This document shows positions 19,808-29,895 of a stretch of 64,000 nucleotides of DNA, in pieces (within the stretch, counting starts at the first letter, position 1; every line of letters starts with the position of its first letter). Source of the DNA: an uncultured SAR86 cluster bacterium (GTDB lineage Bacteria > Pseudomonadota > Gammaproteobacteria > Magnimaribacterales > AG-339-G14); assembly GCA_902595715.1 (NCBI GenBank), contig CACJRI010000003.1, forward strand, positions 5,583 through 69,582, in the 5' to 3' direction. Both the position numbers and the translations under genes were made by a program. Below the pieces are notes generated by a model that saw nothing but the letters and a program-made list of their open reading frames with translations, was not told where the DNA came from and ran no database searches.

Positions 19808-21111
19808 AATTTATTTCAAAACCATCTGAAGGACTTCAGGGAGAGATAAAAATCCCAGGTGACAAGTCTATATCTCATAGAGCGCTAATATGCGCTTCAA
19901 TTTCAGAGGGCACTTCTAAAATTTCTAACCTTCAAGAAAGCGAAGATGTAATCAATACTCTTAACAGCCTTAAACAACTTGGTGTAAATATCTTTAAGGA
20001 AAATGAATCTTATTTTGTAGAGGGCAAAGGATTTCGAGGATTAAAGAAACCAGAAAACCAACTTTATTTTGGGAACTCTGGAACAGGGGTCAGACTTATG
20101 TCTGGATTATTATCAATACAGAATTTTTCTTCAAGTCTTACAGGAGATGAATCTCTCTCTAAAAGACCAATGAAAAGAATAATTGAGCCTTTAGTTGAGA
20201 TGGGAGCAAACATATCTGGCTCAAAGGAAGATACTCTTCCTTTGCATATAGTTCCTTCTAAGAAGATAATTGGCATAAATTACGAAATGCCAATAGCAAG
20301 TGCGCAAGTGAAATCTGCAATTTTATTTGCTAGTTTGGGTGCTAAAGGCGAGACAAAAATTACAGAAAAATCAATATCAAGAGATCATACCGAAAGGATG
20401 TTTGAATATTTCGGAGCAAGTATTACTTATTCTGCAACGGAAACAAAATTAAAAGATACTGAGAAATTTATATCTCAAGACATAGAAGTTCCAGGAGACT
20501 TTTCTTCTTCAGCTTTTTTTATGGTAGCTGCTTTGATTTCAAAAAATTCTAATATTACTCTAAAAGAAGTTGGCATGAATCCTTCTCGAATTGCCCTTAT
20601 AAATAAATTGAAAGAAATGGGAGGAAATATCCAAGTATTCAATCACTCTTTGTTTGGTAAAGAGCCCATTGCAGATATTAATGTAAAGAGCTCTATTCTT
20701 CATGCTTGTGAAGTAGTACCAGAAGACGTACCAAACTTAATTGATGAGCTTCCTGTGTTATTTGTTGCTTGCTCATTTGCAGAAGGTACTTCAAATTTTT
20801 ATGAGATAGAAGAATTAAAACACAAGGAAAGCGATAGGCTTAAAGCTATGCAAGAGGGTTTAGATAAGATGAAGATAAATAACTTTTTTGAAGATAGTAT
20901 TTTTTGCATTGAAGGCAAAGGTAAAGATTACAAGTCGCCAAATTTTTTGGCTGAGACTTACTATGACCATAGAATTGCAATGTCATTTGCAATAGCTGGC
21001 TTGAATAGCAGTTCTTCTATTGAAATTTCTGCACCCGAGAGCATCAATACTTCGTTCCCAGAGTTTATTGATCTTGGTAAAACCCTTGGATGTAATTTTG
21101 AACTTAGTTAG
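19804..21111 (+). CDS. aroA: 3-phosphoshikimate 1-carboxyvinyltransferase (EPSP synthase)
   Basis: 435 aa. Has IPGDKSISHRALI, FGNSGTGVRLMSGLL, SAQVKSAILFASL and YYDHRIAMSFAIAGL. Confidence 0.94.
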   Translation: MKFISKPSEGLQGEIKIPGDKSISHRALICASISEGTSKISNLQESEDVINTLNSLKQLGVNIFKENESYFVEGKGFRGLKKPENQLYFGNSGTGVRLMSGLLSIQNFSSSLTGDESLSKRPMKRIIEPLVEMGANISGSKEDTLPLHIVPSKKIIGINYEMPIASAQVKSAILFASLGAKGETKITEKSISRDHTERMFEYFGASITYSATETKLKDTEKFISQDIEVPGDFSSSAFFMVAALISKNSNITLKEVGMNPSRIALINKLKEMGGNIQVFNHSLFGKEPIADINVKSSILHACEVVPEDVPNLIDELPVLFVACSFAEGTSNFYEIEELKHKESDRLKAMQEGLDKMKINNFFEDSIFCIEGKGKDYKSPNFLAETYYDHRIAMSFAIAGLNSSSSIEISAPESINTSFPEFIDLGKTLGCNFELS

Positions 21112-21772
21112 AAATATAATCACTATAGATGGTCCAGGTGGAGTAGGAAAAGGGACCCTTGCCTTTTCTTTAGCTGAAAAATTAAATTGGAATGTTCTAG
21201 ACAGCGGACTTATTTATAGACTTATTGGATATTTAAGTTTAGAAGGAAGGTTAGAAACTGAGCAAGAAATTATTCAATTTTTAAATAAATCAAAAATCCA
21301 GCTTCTTACCAATTTCAAAGAAGGTATTTGCGAGATAGAGTTGAACGGTAAGGTACTGGCAGAGGAGCTAAGAAATGAAAATATTGCGTCTAGAGCTTCA
21401 GAAATTGCTAAGGAAGCAGAAATTAGAAAAGCAATAATCAAAATCCAAAGAAATGCTTACGATCCTAAAAAAGGCCTTATTGCAGATGGCAGGGATATGG
21501 GGACCATGATTTTCCCTGAAGCAGCTTTGAAGGTGTTTCTCCAGGCATCTCCTGAAGTTCGAGCAGAAAGAAGAGCGAATCAGTTGAAAGAAAAGGGCAT
21601 GAGCGTTATCATGCACGACCTTTTGGAACTAATTAAGCAAAGGGATGAAGAAGATATGAATAGAAAAATATCTCCTTTAAAACCAGCTAAAGGCTCACTA
21701 ATAATTGATACAACTAATATGAGCATTAAAGACGTAGAACATGAGGTAATGGAGAACTTTAAAATATTATGA
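21098..21772 (+). CDS. cmk: cytidylate kinase
   Basis: The P-loop IITIDGPGGVGKGT begins just after the aroA stop. The track's ATG at 21020 would overlap aroA by 92 nt, so I prefer the in-frame TTG at 21098. The start is uncertain. Confidence 0.85.
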   Translation: MNLVRNIITIDGPGGVGKGTLAFSLAEKLNWNVLDSGLIYRLIGYLSLEGRLETEQEIIQFLNKSKIQLLTNFKEGICEIELNGKVLAEELRNENIASRASEIAKEAEIRKAIIKIQRNAYDPKKGLIADGRDMGTMIFPEAALKVFLQASPEVRAERRANQLKEKGMSVIMHDLLELIKQRDEEDMNRKISPLKPAKGSLIIDTTNMSIKDVEHEVMENFKIL

Positions 21773-23442
21773 CAGAAACAGCATTTGAAAAACTTTTAGA
21801 TGAAAGTCTTACAACTTTGAACTTTGATCAAGGAGCATTGATCTCTGGAGTAGTAGTAGACTTGACATCAGATTGGGTCACAGTTCATGTTGGCTTGAAA
21901 TCAGAATCTCTCATTCCAAGAACAGAATTTTTAGCTGATGAAGTTGATGGTGAGTTAGAAATAGGCGATGAAGTAAAAGTATCGCTTGAAGCAGTTGAAG
22001 ACGGTCATGGCTCTACAAGAGTCTCTAGAATAAGAGCGATGCATGACGAAAGTTGGAAAAACTTAGAAGAAGCACTTGAAACAGGAGCCCTTATCAAAGG
22101 CTATATTTCTGGAAAAGTTAGAGGTGGAATGACTGTCGATGTTGCTGGTGTAAGAGCTTTTCTTCCCGGATCTCTTGTAGATTCAAGACCATTAGAAAGC
22201 TTTGATCATTTAGAAAAAACTTTTCAAGATTTCAAAGTAATCAAACTCGACAAAGAGAAAAGCAATGTTGTGTTGTCAAGAAAAGCAGTTCAAGAAGATC
22301 TTAATTCAGAAGAAAGAGAAAAGATTTTTGCTACGATTCAGGAAGGTTCATTAATTTCTGGAATAGTTAAAAATTTAACTGATTACGGAGCATTTGTTGA
22401 TCTCGGAGGGGTTGATGGCTTATTGCATATTACTGACATTACTTGGAAAAGAATAAATCATCCTTCAGAAGTTCTTAATGTTGGCGACAAGCTTGATTTT
22501 AAAGTAACTAATTTTGATAAAGAAAAGCTAAGAATTTCTCTTGGCCTCAAACAACTAACAAATGATCCTTGGGAAAATATCAAAGATTCTTTTCAAATTA
22601 ACTCTATTCACAAAGCTAAAGTTTCTAGTATTGCAGAATACGGATTTTTTGCAGAATTGGATTCAAACACCGAAGGATTGGTTCACATTTCTGAAATTGA
22701 TTGGACTAACAAAAGCATCCATCCTTCCAAAGTAGTCTCTATAGGCGACGAAGTTGATGTAATGGTCTTAGAAATTGATATAGATAAAAGAAGAGTTTCG
22801 TTAGGAATGAAACAGTGTCAGGAAAATCCTTGGCTGACTTTTTCTGAAAATAATAGTCTCGGAGATATTGTTAAAGGTGAGGTAAGATCAATTACTGACT
22901 TTGGAATGTTCATTGGTCTTGAGGGAAATATCGATGGGCTTGTTCACTTATCTGATTTATCTTGGAACCAATCTGAGGATGAGGCAGTAAAATCCTTTGT
23001 AAAAGGACAAGAGGTTGAGGCAGTTATTCTTGGTATGGACCCTCATAAAGAAAGAATATCATTAGGTATTAAACAGTTATCTGAAGATGTTTTCGATACG
23101 TTTGCTAAAAATAATCCCAAAGGAACAGAATTAACTGGTTCGGTGAGCTCAATAGGAGAAGACTCAATCTTTGTAAGCTTAGCTGAAGACATTATTGGAA
23201 AAATAAAAAACAAAGAATTTAAAGATAATCTTCCTGCTGAAGGAGACTCCATAACCTCTCTTGTGACTTCAATCGATAGAAAAAATAGACAAATAAACTT
23301 ATCTGTTTTTGCTTTAGAAAAATCTCAAGAAAAAGAATTAATTAAGGAAAATATTTCAAAAAATAAACAAATTGAATCTGAAACTAAAACATCAATAGGG
23401 GATCTTATTCAAGAAGAGTTAAGTGATTCTTCAAAAGATTAG
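21769..23442 (+). CDS. rpsA: 30S ribosomal protein S1
   Basis: 557 aa with six S1 (OB-fold) repeats, e.g. GIVKNLTDYGAFVDLGGVDGLLHITDI. The cmk-rpsA-ihfB order is conserved. Confidence 0.96.
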   Translation: MTETAFEKLLDESLTTLNFDQGALISGVVVDLTSDWVTVHVGLKSESLIPRTEFLADEVDGELEIGDEVKVSLEAVEDGHGSTRVSRIRAMHDESWKNLEEALETGALIKGYISGKVRGGMTVDVAGVRAFLPGSLVDSRPLESFDHLEKTFQDFKVIKLDKEKSNVVLSRKAVQEDLNSEEREKIFATIQEGSLISGIVKNLTDYGAFVDLGGVDGLLHITDITWKRINHPSEVLNVGDKLDFKVTNFDKEKLRISLGLKQLTNDPWENIKDSFQINSIHKAKVSSIAEYGFFAELDSNTEGLVHISEIDWTNKSIHPSKVVSIGDEVDVMVLEIDIDKRRVSLGMKQCQENPWLTFSENNSLGDIVKGEVRSITDFGMFIGLEGNIDGLVHLSDLSWNQSEDEAVKSFVKGQEVEAVILGMDPHKERISLGIKQLSEDVFDTFAKNNPKGTELTGSVSSIGEDSIFVSLAEDIIGKIKNKEFKDNLPAEGDSITSLVTSIDRKNRQINLSVFALEKSQEKELIKENISKNKQIESETKTSIGDLIQEELSDSSKD

Positions 23443-23718
23443 ATGAAGAAATCCGACTTTATTTCTTTACTTTCTGCAGAATTAGAAAATTACAATGAAA
23501 TTGATGTAAGCCTTTCGGCTGAATTAATTCAAAAGGTAATTATTGAATCTTTAAAACAGAGGAACAGAGTTGAAATTAGAGGCTTTGGGTCCTTTTGCGT
23601 TAGAGATAGAAAATCTATTAGAGCAAGAAATCCAAAATCAGGTGAGTCTATAGAATTACCAAAAAGGTCAATACCCTACTTTAGAGCGTCAAAATTATTG
23701 AAACAAAGAGTAAATTAG
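23443..23718 (+). CDS. ihfB: integration host factor beta subunit
   Basis: 91 aa. Contains the HU/IHF-fold signature RVEIRGFGSFCVRDRKSIRARNPKSGESIELPKRSIPYFRASKLL. Confidence 0.93.
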   Translation: MKKSDFISLLSAELENYNEIDVSLSAELIQKVIIESLKQRNRVEIRGFGSFCVRDRKSIRARNPKSGESIELPKRSIPYFRASKLLKQRVN

Positions 23719-23737
23719 ATTGTGTTAAAATATTAGT

Positions 23738-23980
23738 ATGAAATATTTTTATTTCATCTCCTTAATCCTTCTTGTCTCGATCTTTTTTATATTCACAAAT
23801 TTAAATTCTAATTTAATTACATTGGATTTATTCTTTGCAAAAATTGAAGGCGTATCTGTCGGATTTTCTATGATTTTTTCTGTTCTTATTGGAGCTATTA
23901 TTTCATTATTTCTTCAGTTACCAAGGCTGTTTAAAAGAAACTCAAAATCTCTTTCCAATAACAAAGATGAAAATCCTTAA
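23738..23980 (+). CDS. lapA: LapA-like (YciS/DUF1049-type) inner-membrane LPS assembly protein
   Basis: 80 aa with two TM helices and a basic C-terminal tail. It lies immediately upstream of pyrF, the position of lapA in the E. coli lapA-lapB-pyrF region. Confidence 0.6.
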   Translation: MKYFYFISLILLVSIFFIFTNLNSNLITLDLFFAKIEGVSVGFSMIFSVLIGAIISLFLQLPRLFKRNSKSLSNNKDENP

Positions 23981-24665
23981 ACCTAAGCAAATTATCGTAG
24001 CTTTGGATTTTGATTCTGCTGTGGAGGCGAATTCCATTGTAAAGCTTTTAGATCCAGAGATTTATAGATTGAAAGTTGGAAAACAACTCTATGCTAGCGA
24101 AGGGCCTAAAATTCTAGAAAGTTTAAATAAACAGGGTTTTGATATCTTTCTAGACCTAAAGCTTCATGATATTCCTAATACTGTATACAAAGCACTGAAA
24201 AACTTACTGCATCAGAAAGTCTGGATGACAAATATACATCTTCTTGGGGGAGAAGAAATGATTCAAGCCGCTAGGGAAGCAAAAGAGCATACGAAGAGTG
24301 AAGCTCTTTTAATTGGAGTCACTGTCCTTACTAGTCTAGATGGAAATAATATTAAAAACATGGGGTTTAATATACAAATTCCTGAGTTAGTTAAAATTCT
24401 TTCCAAAAGCGCTAAGCAAAATAATATTGATGGCATAGTATGTTCAGCTCAAGAAGTTCCTGAAGTCAAAGCAAATTTAGGTGAAAAATTTATTACTGTA
24501 ACTCCAGGAATAAGAATTCAGCAAAATAATGATGATCAATCTAGAGTCGCAACTTTAAAAGAGGCAACGAAAAATGGGAGTGATTATATTGTTTTGGGAA
24601 GAGAAATCACTTCTTCAAAGAACATTTCTGAAATGATAAAAAAAGTTGAATCATATATAATTTAA
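23967..24665 (+). CDS. pyrF: orotidine-5'-phosphate decarboxylase
   Basis: The track ORF begins at 23889, inside lapA. The internal ATG at 23967 gives MKILKPKQIIVALDF, the canonical PyrF start. Also has DLKLHDIPNTV and the C-terminal VLGREIT. Confidence 0.92.
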   Translation: MKILKPKQIIVALDFDSAVEANSIVKLLDPEIYRLKVGKQLYASEGPKILESLNKQGFDIFLDLKLHDIPNTVYKALKNLLHQKVWMTNIHLLGGEEMIQAAREAKEHTKSEALLIGVTVLTSLDGNNIKNMGFNIQIPELVKILSKSAKQNNIDGIVCSAQEVPEVKANLGEKFITVTPGIRIQQNNDDQSRVATLKEATKNGSDYIVLGREITSSKNISEMIKKVESYII

Positions 24666-24667
24666 AG

Positions 24668-24997
24668 ATGGACAAAAATTGGCACATTGTAAAGCAAGAT
24701 GATAGATATGTTGTACTGGACAATAATTCTTTATCAAAGCTCGTTCCTAGCATAACAAAGTTAAATCCAAACAAAAGCACATCTGGCCACAAACACGAAG
24801 GTCAGGAAGAAGTTTATGTTTTTTATAAAGGCATAGGGATTATGCAAATAGATGATTCAAAATTTGAAGTAAAACAAGGAGATGTTATACCGGTTCCAGA
24901 TGGTGCGTTTCATAGAGTCTTCAATGAGTCTAATGAGATTTTAGAATTTGCTGCGATATTCAATGGAGAAAGGCATACTGAAGATAAGCCAAATTAG
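24668..24997 (+). CDS. small cupin-domain protein
   Basis: 109 aa. The two cupin motifs are SGHKHEGQEEVYVFYKG and GDVIPVPDGAFHRVFN. Confidence 0.7.
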   Translation: MDKNWHIVKQDDRYVVLDNNSLSKLVPSITKLNPNKSTSGHKHEGQEEVYVFYKGIGIMQIDDSKFEVKQGDVIPVPDGAFHRVFNESNEILEFAAIFNGERHTEDKPN

Positions 24998-26657
24998 CAA
25001 AATCTTTATTTCAAAATATCCAGTAATAGCATTTTTTTTAATCCTATTATTTTTTCATTCCTCATTTGTAAAATCTGAGTCTTACGCAGTTGCTTCAAGA
25101 CATCATCTCGCTACAGATATAGGAATGAAAGTTTTAGAAGAAGGCGGAAATGCTATCGATGCAGCTGTAGCAGTAGCATTTGCATTAGCTGTGGTAAATC
25201 CTTCGGCTGGCAATCTTGGCGGTGGCGGATTCATGCTATTGCATTTGGCTGAAACAAAAGAAACATTGTCCATTGACTATAGGGAAAGAGCACCAAAAAA
25301 GTCTTTTGAAACAATGTTCCAAGATAATTCTGGAAAAGTTATTAAAGGATTAAGCTTAAATTCTATTTTGGCTTCAGGAGTTCCAGGGACTGTATCGGGT
25401 ATGTTTTACGCTTCAAGAAAGTTTGGAACAATTGATATTAAATCATTAATTAATCCGTCAATTAATTTAGCAAAGGAGGGCTTTGCTTTATCTGATTTTC
25501 AGGCAAAAAATCTAAATAAGTACAAAAAGAAGTTTTCAAAAAATAAAGAGGCAAAAAAAATTTTTACGAAAACTAATGGATTTTCTAAAGGAGATATTTT
25601 AGTTCAAACAAATCTTGCTAGTACCTTAAAAAGAATTGCACAAAATGGAGAGAAAGAATTTTACTCGGGTGAGACGGCAAAAAAAATTGCAGATTTTTTT
25701 CAAATTAACGGTGGTCTTTTAAGTCTCGAGGATTTAAATCAATTTGAGCTTAGAATACTTGATCCAGTTTGCGGAAACTATAGGGTTTATACTATCTGCT
25801 CGATGGCTCCACCAAGTTCTGGGGGTATTGCTCTAGTTCAGATTTTAAACATTCTTGAAAATATTAACTTAAGTGAAATTGGTCATAATTCAAAAGAATA
25901 TTTAAAAATTTTAATATCTGCGATGGATTACGCTTACAAAGATAGGGCTAAATATCTCGGAGACCCAGACTATTTCAAAGTACCACAGGATTTACTTACA
26001 TCAAAAAAATATGCCAACGAAATCTACAAAAAGATACAAGAGAAGAAACTCCCCTCAAAAGTAAATGTCAATATAATAGAAAGCGAGGAGACAACTCATT
26101 TTTCTATTGTAGACAAATGGGGTAATGCAGTAAGCAATACATATACACTTAATACTGCTTATGGATCAGGCATAATTCCTACCGGAACTGGAATCTTGAT
26201 GAATAACGAAATGGACGATTTCTCATCAAAACCTGGACATCCAAATGCATATGGCTTAGTCGGGTCGGTAGCAAATAAAATTGAACCTAAAAAAACTCCT
26301 CTTTCGTCTATGTCTCCTGTAATAGTTTTTCGAGATGGCAAACCTTACTTAATTACTGGCTCTCCCGGCGGTTCAACAATCATTACAAGCGTATTACAAG
26401 AGATTTTGAATATATTAGATTTTCAAATGTCCTTAGAAGAATCTTCTAAAAAAAGCAGAATACATTTTCAACATTTACCAGATATATTATTTCATGAACA
26501 GCTTGACGATGACCTTATTGAGTTTCTCAAGAAAGATAAAAAACTTATAAATAGAAAATTGGGCGAAATACACTCTATCTTGTTAAGAAAAGATAATATT
26601 CAAGCATTTTCTGATAAAAGAAGACCAGATGGAAAAGCAAGCACAGTTTACAAATAA
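24948..26657 (+). CDS. ggt: gamma-glutamyltranspeptidase
   Basis: Has a signal-peptide-like N-terminus (VIAFFLILLFFHSSFVKSES), the autoprocessing/nucleophile site ETTHFSIVD and GSPGGSTII. The start is uncertain: 24948 or 24963, both overlapping the cupin gene. Confidence 0.9.
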   Translation: MLRYSMEKGILKISQISKIFISKYPVIAFFLILLFFHSSFVKSESYAVASRHHLATDIGMKVLEEGGNAIDAAVAVAFALAVVNPSAGNLGGGGFMLLHLAETKETLSIDYRERAPKKSFETMFQDNSGKVIKGLSLNSILASGVPGTVSGMFYASRKFGTIDIKSLINPSINLAKEGFALSDFQAKNLNKYKKKFSKNKEAKKIFTKTNGFSKGDILVQTNLASTLKRIAQNGEKEFYSGETAKKIADFFQINGGLLSLEDLNQFELRILDPVCGNYRVYTICSMAPPSSGGIALVQILNILENINLSEIGHNSKEYLKILISAMDYAYKDRAKYLGDPDYFKVPQDLLTSKKYANEIYKKIQEKKLPSKVNVNIIESEETTHFSIVDKWGNAVSNTYTLNTAYGSGIIPTGTGILMNNEMDDFSSKPGHPNAYGLVGSVANKIEPKKTPLSSMSPVIVFRDGKPYLITGSPGGSTIITSVLQEILNILDFQMSLEESSKKSRIHFQHLPDILFHEQLDDDLIEFLKKDKKLINRKLGEIHSILLRKDNIQAFSDKRRPDGKASTVYK

Positions 26658-28443
26658 AAAAATATTGTTCAATAAAAACATAGAGTTTCCAGAACTACCC
26701 GGTGTTTATAAATTTTTCAATTCCAAGAATGAGCTTATTTATATAGGAAAAGCAAAAAATATTAAAAAGAGGGTTAAAAGCTATCTTAATGTTAGAAAGG
26801 GTGAAGGCAAAAGAATAGCTAAACTTAAATCTCTGATTAAATATATAGAAACAATAATTACTAAAACAGAATCAGATGCATTAATTTTAGAACAAGGCTT
26901 AATTTCAAAAAAAAGACCTCCATTCAATATTCAATTTAGAGATGATAAATCTTATCCAGCAATTCACTTGTCTACATCTAAAGATTTTCCAGCAATTTAT
27001 GTCTCTAGGCAAAAGAATGCTACGAATACAATATTTGGACCTTATGCGAATGTTGGAGCCATGAGATTGAATGTAAGTCTAATAAGGTCTTTATTTAAAA
27101 TAAGAAACTGTAAAGATATTAATTTTAAAAATAGATCTCGTCCCTGTATTGAGTATCAAATGAATAGGTGTTCTGCTCCCTGTGTAGGAAATATTTCCAT
27201 AAAAGATTATGCTTCCGATGTACAAAGTACTATAAATTTTCTCTCGGGAGATACAAAAAATATAATATTAGATCTTCAAAAAAAGATGGATTTTTACTCT
27301 AAAATTAAAGATTACGAAAGAGCTGCTATATATAGAGACAAAGTCCAGTCCATAAGAGATACTCAGAAAAAACAAAACGTTTTAACAGGTTTTGATGATT
27401 TAGATGTTTTTGTAATAAAAAGAAATAAATTTAATTGCTGTATAAGCGTGCTTAAAATTGATGATGGCTGGATTACAAGTTCTCAAAACTTTTATCCAGA
27501 TTCAAAAGATGATGTTACTGATAAAGAGCTTTTATCTGTTTTTCTCGAAAGCTATGTTATAAACAACAAAGACAGGAAAACTATTAATTTACTTTTTCAT
27601 GGAGAAATTTCCCAAGAAACTAAGAATTTCCTATCCAATCTTCAATCTCCTAAAATCATTACTCACAAAATTAATAAACATAATAAGAATTTAATTGATA
27701 TCTGCACTTCTCAAGCTGAAGATGCAGTGTTAAAAAATAATAATTTTTCCTGGATTCAAAATTGTTTTGAGTCTCTGGCAAATTTTTTGCAAATAGAAAT
27801 AATTAACAGGATAGAGGGTTTTGATATCAGCCATACTTCAGGAAAAGCTGTATCAGCTTCCTGCATATCCATTACAAAAGGTGGTCCTGATAAAAAAAAA
27901 TACAGAATCATGAATATCAAAAAAGATTCTAATAATGATTATTTAGCCCTAAGTGAAGCTATTGAAAGAAGATGCAAAAATCTAATAAAAAATGACTTAG
28001 ATCTTCCTGAAGTGATCTTAATAGATGGAGGTAAGGGCCAATTAAAAACTGTTAAAAAAAATCTAAATAAAAACTTTTTAGAAAATATTAAATTTATTTC
28101 CGTTTCAAAAGGGCCAAATAGAAAAGAAAAGTATGACATTTTGCATGATGGCGATAAAAGTTATGAACTAAAAAATTCCAAAGAGATATCAAAACTTCTT
28201 CAATTAGCAAGAAATGAATCTCATAGGTTTGCAATTAACCATCATAGAAAAAGAAGATCAAAAAATTTTTTTTCATCTAGCCTAGATGGTATTGAAGGAT
28301 TAGGTCCTAAATTGAAAGAAAAGTTAATAAGACACTTCGGAGGGATAGACAAAGTTCTTGAAGCTTCGATAGATGATTTAAAATCTACTCCGGGTATAGG
28401 GGAACAAAAGGCTCAAAATATATTTTCTTGCTTAAAAAATTAA
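26629..28443 (+). CDS. uvrC: excinuclease ABC subunit C
   Basis: 604 aa. The GIY-YIG domain is PGVYKFFNSKNELIYIGKAKNIKKRVKSY. A UVR domain, an RNase-H-like endonuclease region and a C-terminal (HhH)2 (GIEGLGPKLKEKLIRHFG) follow. Confidence 0.93.
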   Translation: MEKQAQFTNKKILFNKNIEFPELPGVYKFFNSKNELIYIGKAKNIKKRVKSYLNVRKGEGKRIAKLKSLIKYIETIITKTESDALILEQGLISKKRPPFNIQFRDDKSYPAIHLSTSKDFPAIYVSRQKNATNTIFGPYANVGAMRLNVSLIRSLFKIRNCKDINFKNRSRPCIEYQMNRCSAPCVGNISIKDYASDVQSTINFLSGDTKNIILDLQKKMDFYSKIKDYERAAIYRDKVQSIRDTQKKQNVLTGFDDLDVFVIKRNKFNCCISVLKIDDGWITSSQNFYPDSKDDVTDKELLSVFLESYVINNKDRKTINLLFHGEISQETKNFLSNLQSPKIITHKINKHNKNLIDICTSQAEDAVLKNNNFSWIQNCFESLANFLQIEIINRIEGFDISHTSGKAVSASCISITKGGPDKKKYRIMNIKKDSNNDYLALSEAIERRCKNLIKNDLDLPEVILIDGGKGQLKTVKKNLNKNFLENIKFISVSKGPNRKEKYDILHDGDKSYELKNSKEISKLLQLARNESHRFAINHHRKRRSKNFFSSSLDGIEGLGPKLKEKLIRHFGGIDKVLEASIDDLKSTPGIGEQKAQNIFSCLKN

Positions 28444-28444
28444 T

Positions 28445-28978
28445 ATGAATCTTCCAAACTTTCTTTCTATTTCAAGAATTTTTCTTTTAATCCCCATTAT
28501 TTTTCTTTTTGAATATGGCTTTTACTTTTTTTCACTAATAATCTTTGTAGTTGCCTCATTAACAGATTACTTTGATGGATATTTTGCACGCAAAATGAAT
28601 TTATCGACTAATTTAGGAGCTCTTTTGGATCTTGTTTCAGATAAACTTTTTGTATCAATACTACTAATTTGGGCAACTTATAGTTTTGAGAGTTTTTTAA
28701 TTTTTTTATCTGCTTTAATTATTATTTCTAGAGAGCTAACTATAGGGTATTTAAGAATGTATTTATTACAAAATGGTTATTCTCAAGATTCATTGAGCCC
28801 TAATTTTATGGGTAAATTTAAGACTACTTTTCAAATGATTGGCTTAGGATTATTAATTGTATCCCCGCTTAATGCGTCTCTTGCATTACTTGCCATTTAT
28901 ATAATTTTTTTAAGTTCGGTTTTTTCACTTTTATCTTTATTTTCTTATTTAATAAAGTGGATTGGATACCCTAAATAA
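28445..28978 (+). CDS. pgsA: CDP-diacylglycerol--glycerol-3-phosphate 3-phosphatidyltransferase
   Basis: 177 aa. Has PNFLSISRI and the canonical CDP-alcohol motif DYFDGYFARKMNLSTNLGALLDLVSD. The uvrC-pgsA adjacency matches other Gammaproteobacteria. Confidence 0.9.
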   Translation: MNLPNFLSISRIFLLIPIIFLFEYGFYFFSLIIFVVASLTDYFDGYFARKMNLSTNLGALLDLVSDKLFVSILLIWATYSFESFLIFLSALIIISRELTIGYLRMYLLQNGYSQDSLSPNFMGKFKTTFQMIGLGLLIVSPLNASLALLAIYIIFLSSVFSLLSLFSYLIKWIGYPK

Positions 28979-29027
28979 GAAAACAAAATAATTTCGCTCT
29001 TCAAATTACCCTATAATGTGTTGAAAG

Positions 29028-29870
29028 ATGAAAGATCAAGAAGAAATAAAATCTATTGAGTTTTCTATAATAGATATACTTAGGGCTTTTAAACATTACA
29101 TCCATTTTTTTTATATTTTTATTCCTGTTGGATTTATCTTTGGCTTCATAATATCTATATATCTTACCCCTCTATATTCATCAGATATTCTTATTTCGGA
29201 TAATAATGAGTCGAATGAAACAAGTTCTTCAGCTATTGGAGGGCTCGCCTCACTTGCAGGAATACAGCTTCCTCAAGCTAATAATAAATCTTTATCAACG
29301 CTAGCAACCTTAAACTCAAGGACTTTTTTAAAAGCATTCATTAAAGAATATGATTTAAAGCCTAAAATTTTTAATGACTTATGGTTAGAGAAAACTAATT
29401 CGTGGTCAGGTGAAGAGCCCTCAGATCTAGGCGCTGTGGGAGAGCTAAAAAAACTCATTGACATAAAAAAGGTTGAAGGAGGTTTAGTAAGAATAAATGT
29501 TTCAACTTATGATCCTGAGTTTTCTTTATTCGTTGCAAATGAGATAGTTTTTTTCATAAATGACTACATGAGAAAATCTGCCATTGAGGAATCTGAAAAT
29601 CTAATTAAATTTTTAGAAAAAGAGGCAGTAAAATCAACCCTTTCTGATGTTAAGCTAAGAATTTTCTCACTAATACAAGAACACATTGCTGAGAAGTCTT
29701 TAGCAAATGTCAGACAAGAATTTATTTATAAGGTAATAGATAAAGCATATCTTTCTGACTATCCAAGTTACCCGAATAAGCTACAAATTAGATTATCAGG
29801 TATTATTTTAGGTTTTTTGCTAGCTGCCTTGCTAAGTATTTCTATGTATTTCTTCAGAAATAAAAATTGA
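29028..29870 (+). CDS. wzz: Wzz-like polysaccharide chain-length determinant protein
   Basis: 280 aa. One N-terminal and one C-terminal TM helix (FFYIFIPVGFIFGFIISIYL and GIILGFLLAALLSISMYFF) flank a periplasmic helical domain. It is the first gene of the glycan locus. It is shorter than classical Wzz. Confidence 0.65.
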   Translation: MKDQEEIKSIEFSIIDILRAFKHYIHFFYIFIPVGFIFGFIISIYLTPLYSSDILISDNNESNETSSSAIGGLASLAGIQLPQANNKSLSTLATLNSRTFLKAFIKEYDLKPKIFNDLWLEKTNSWSGEEPSDLGAVGELKKLIDIKKVEGGLVRINVSTYDPEFSLFVANEIVFFINDYMRKSAIEESENLIKFLEKEAVKSTLSDVKLRIFSLIQEHIAEKSLANVRQEFIYKVIDKAYLSDYPSYPNKLQIRLSGIILGFLLAALLSISMYFFRNKN

Positions 29871-29895
29871 TTTCACTTAAATAAAATAAAACATT

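Noticed and set aside
21020-21097. N-terminal extensions given by the ORF track: cmk from 21020, pyrF from 23889, scpB from 7502, and the DnaT-like gene from 3956.
   Set aside because: These extensions overlap the upstream gene by 38-92 nt. Internal starts (21098 TTG, 23967, 7547, 3914) restore canonical family N-termini and short junctions.
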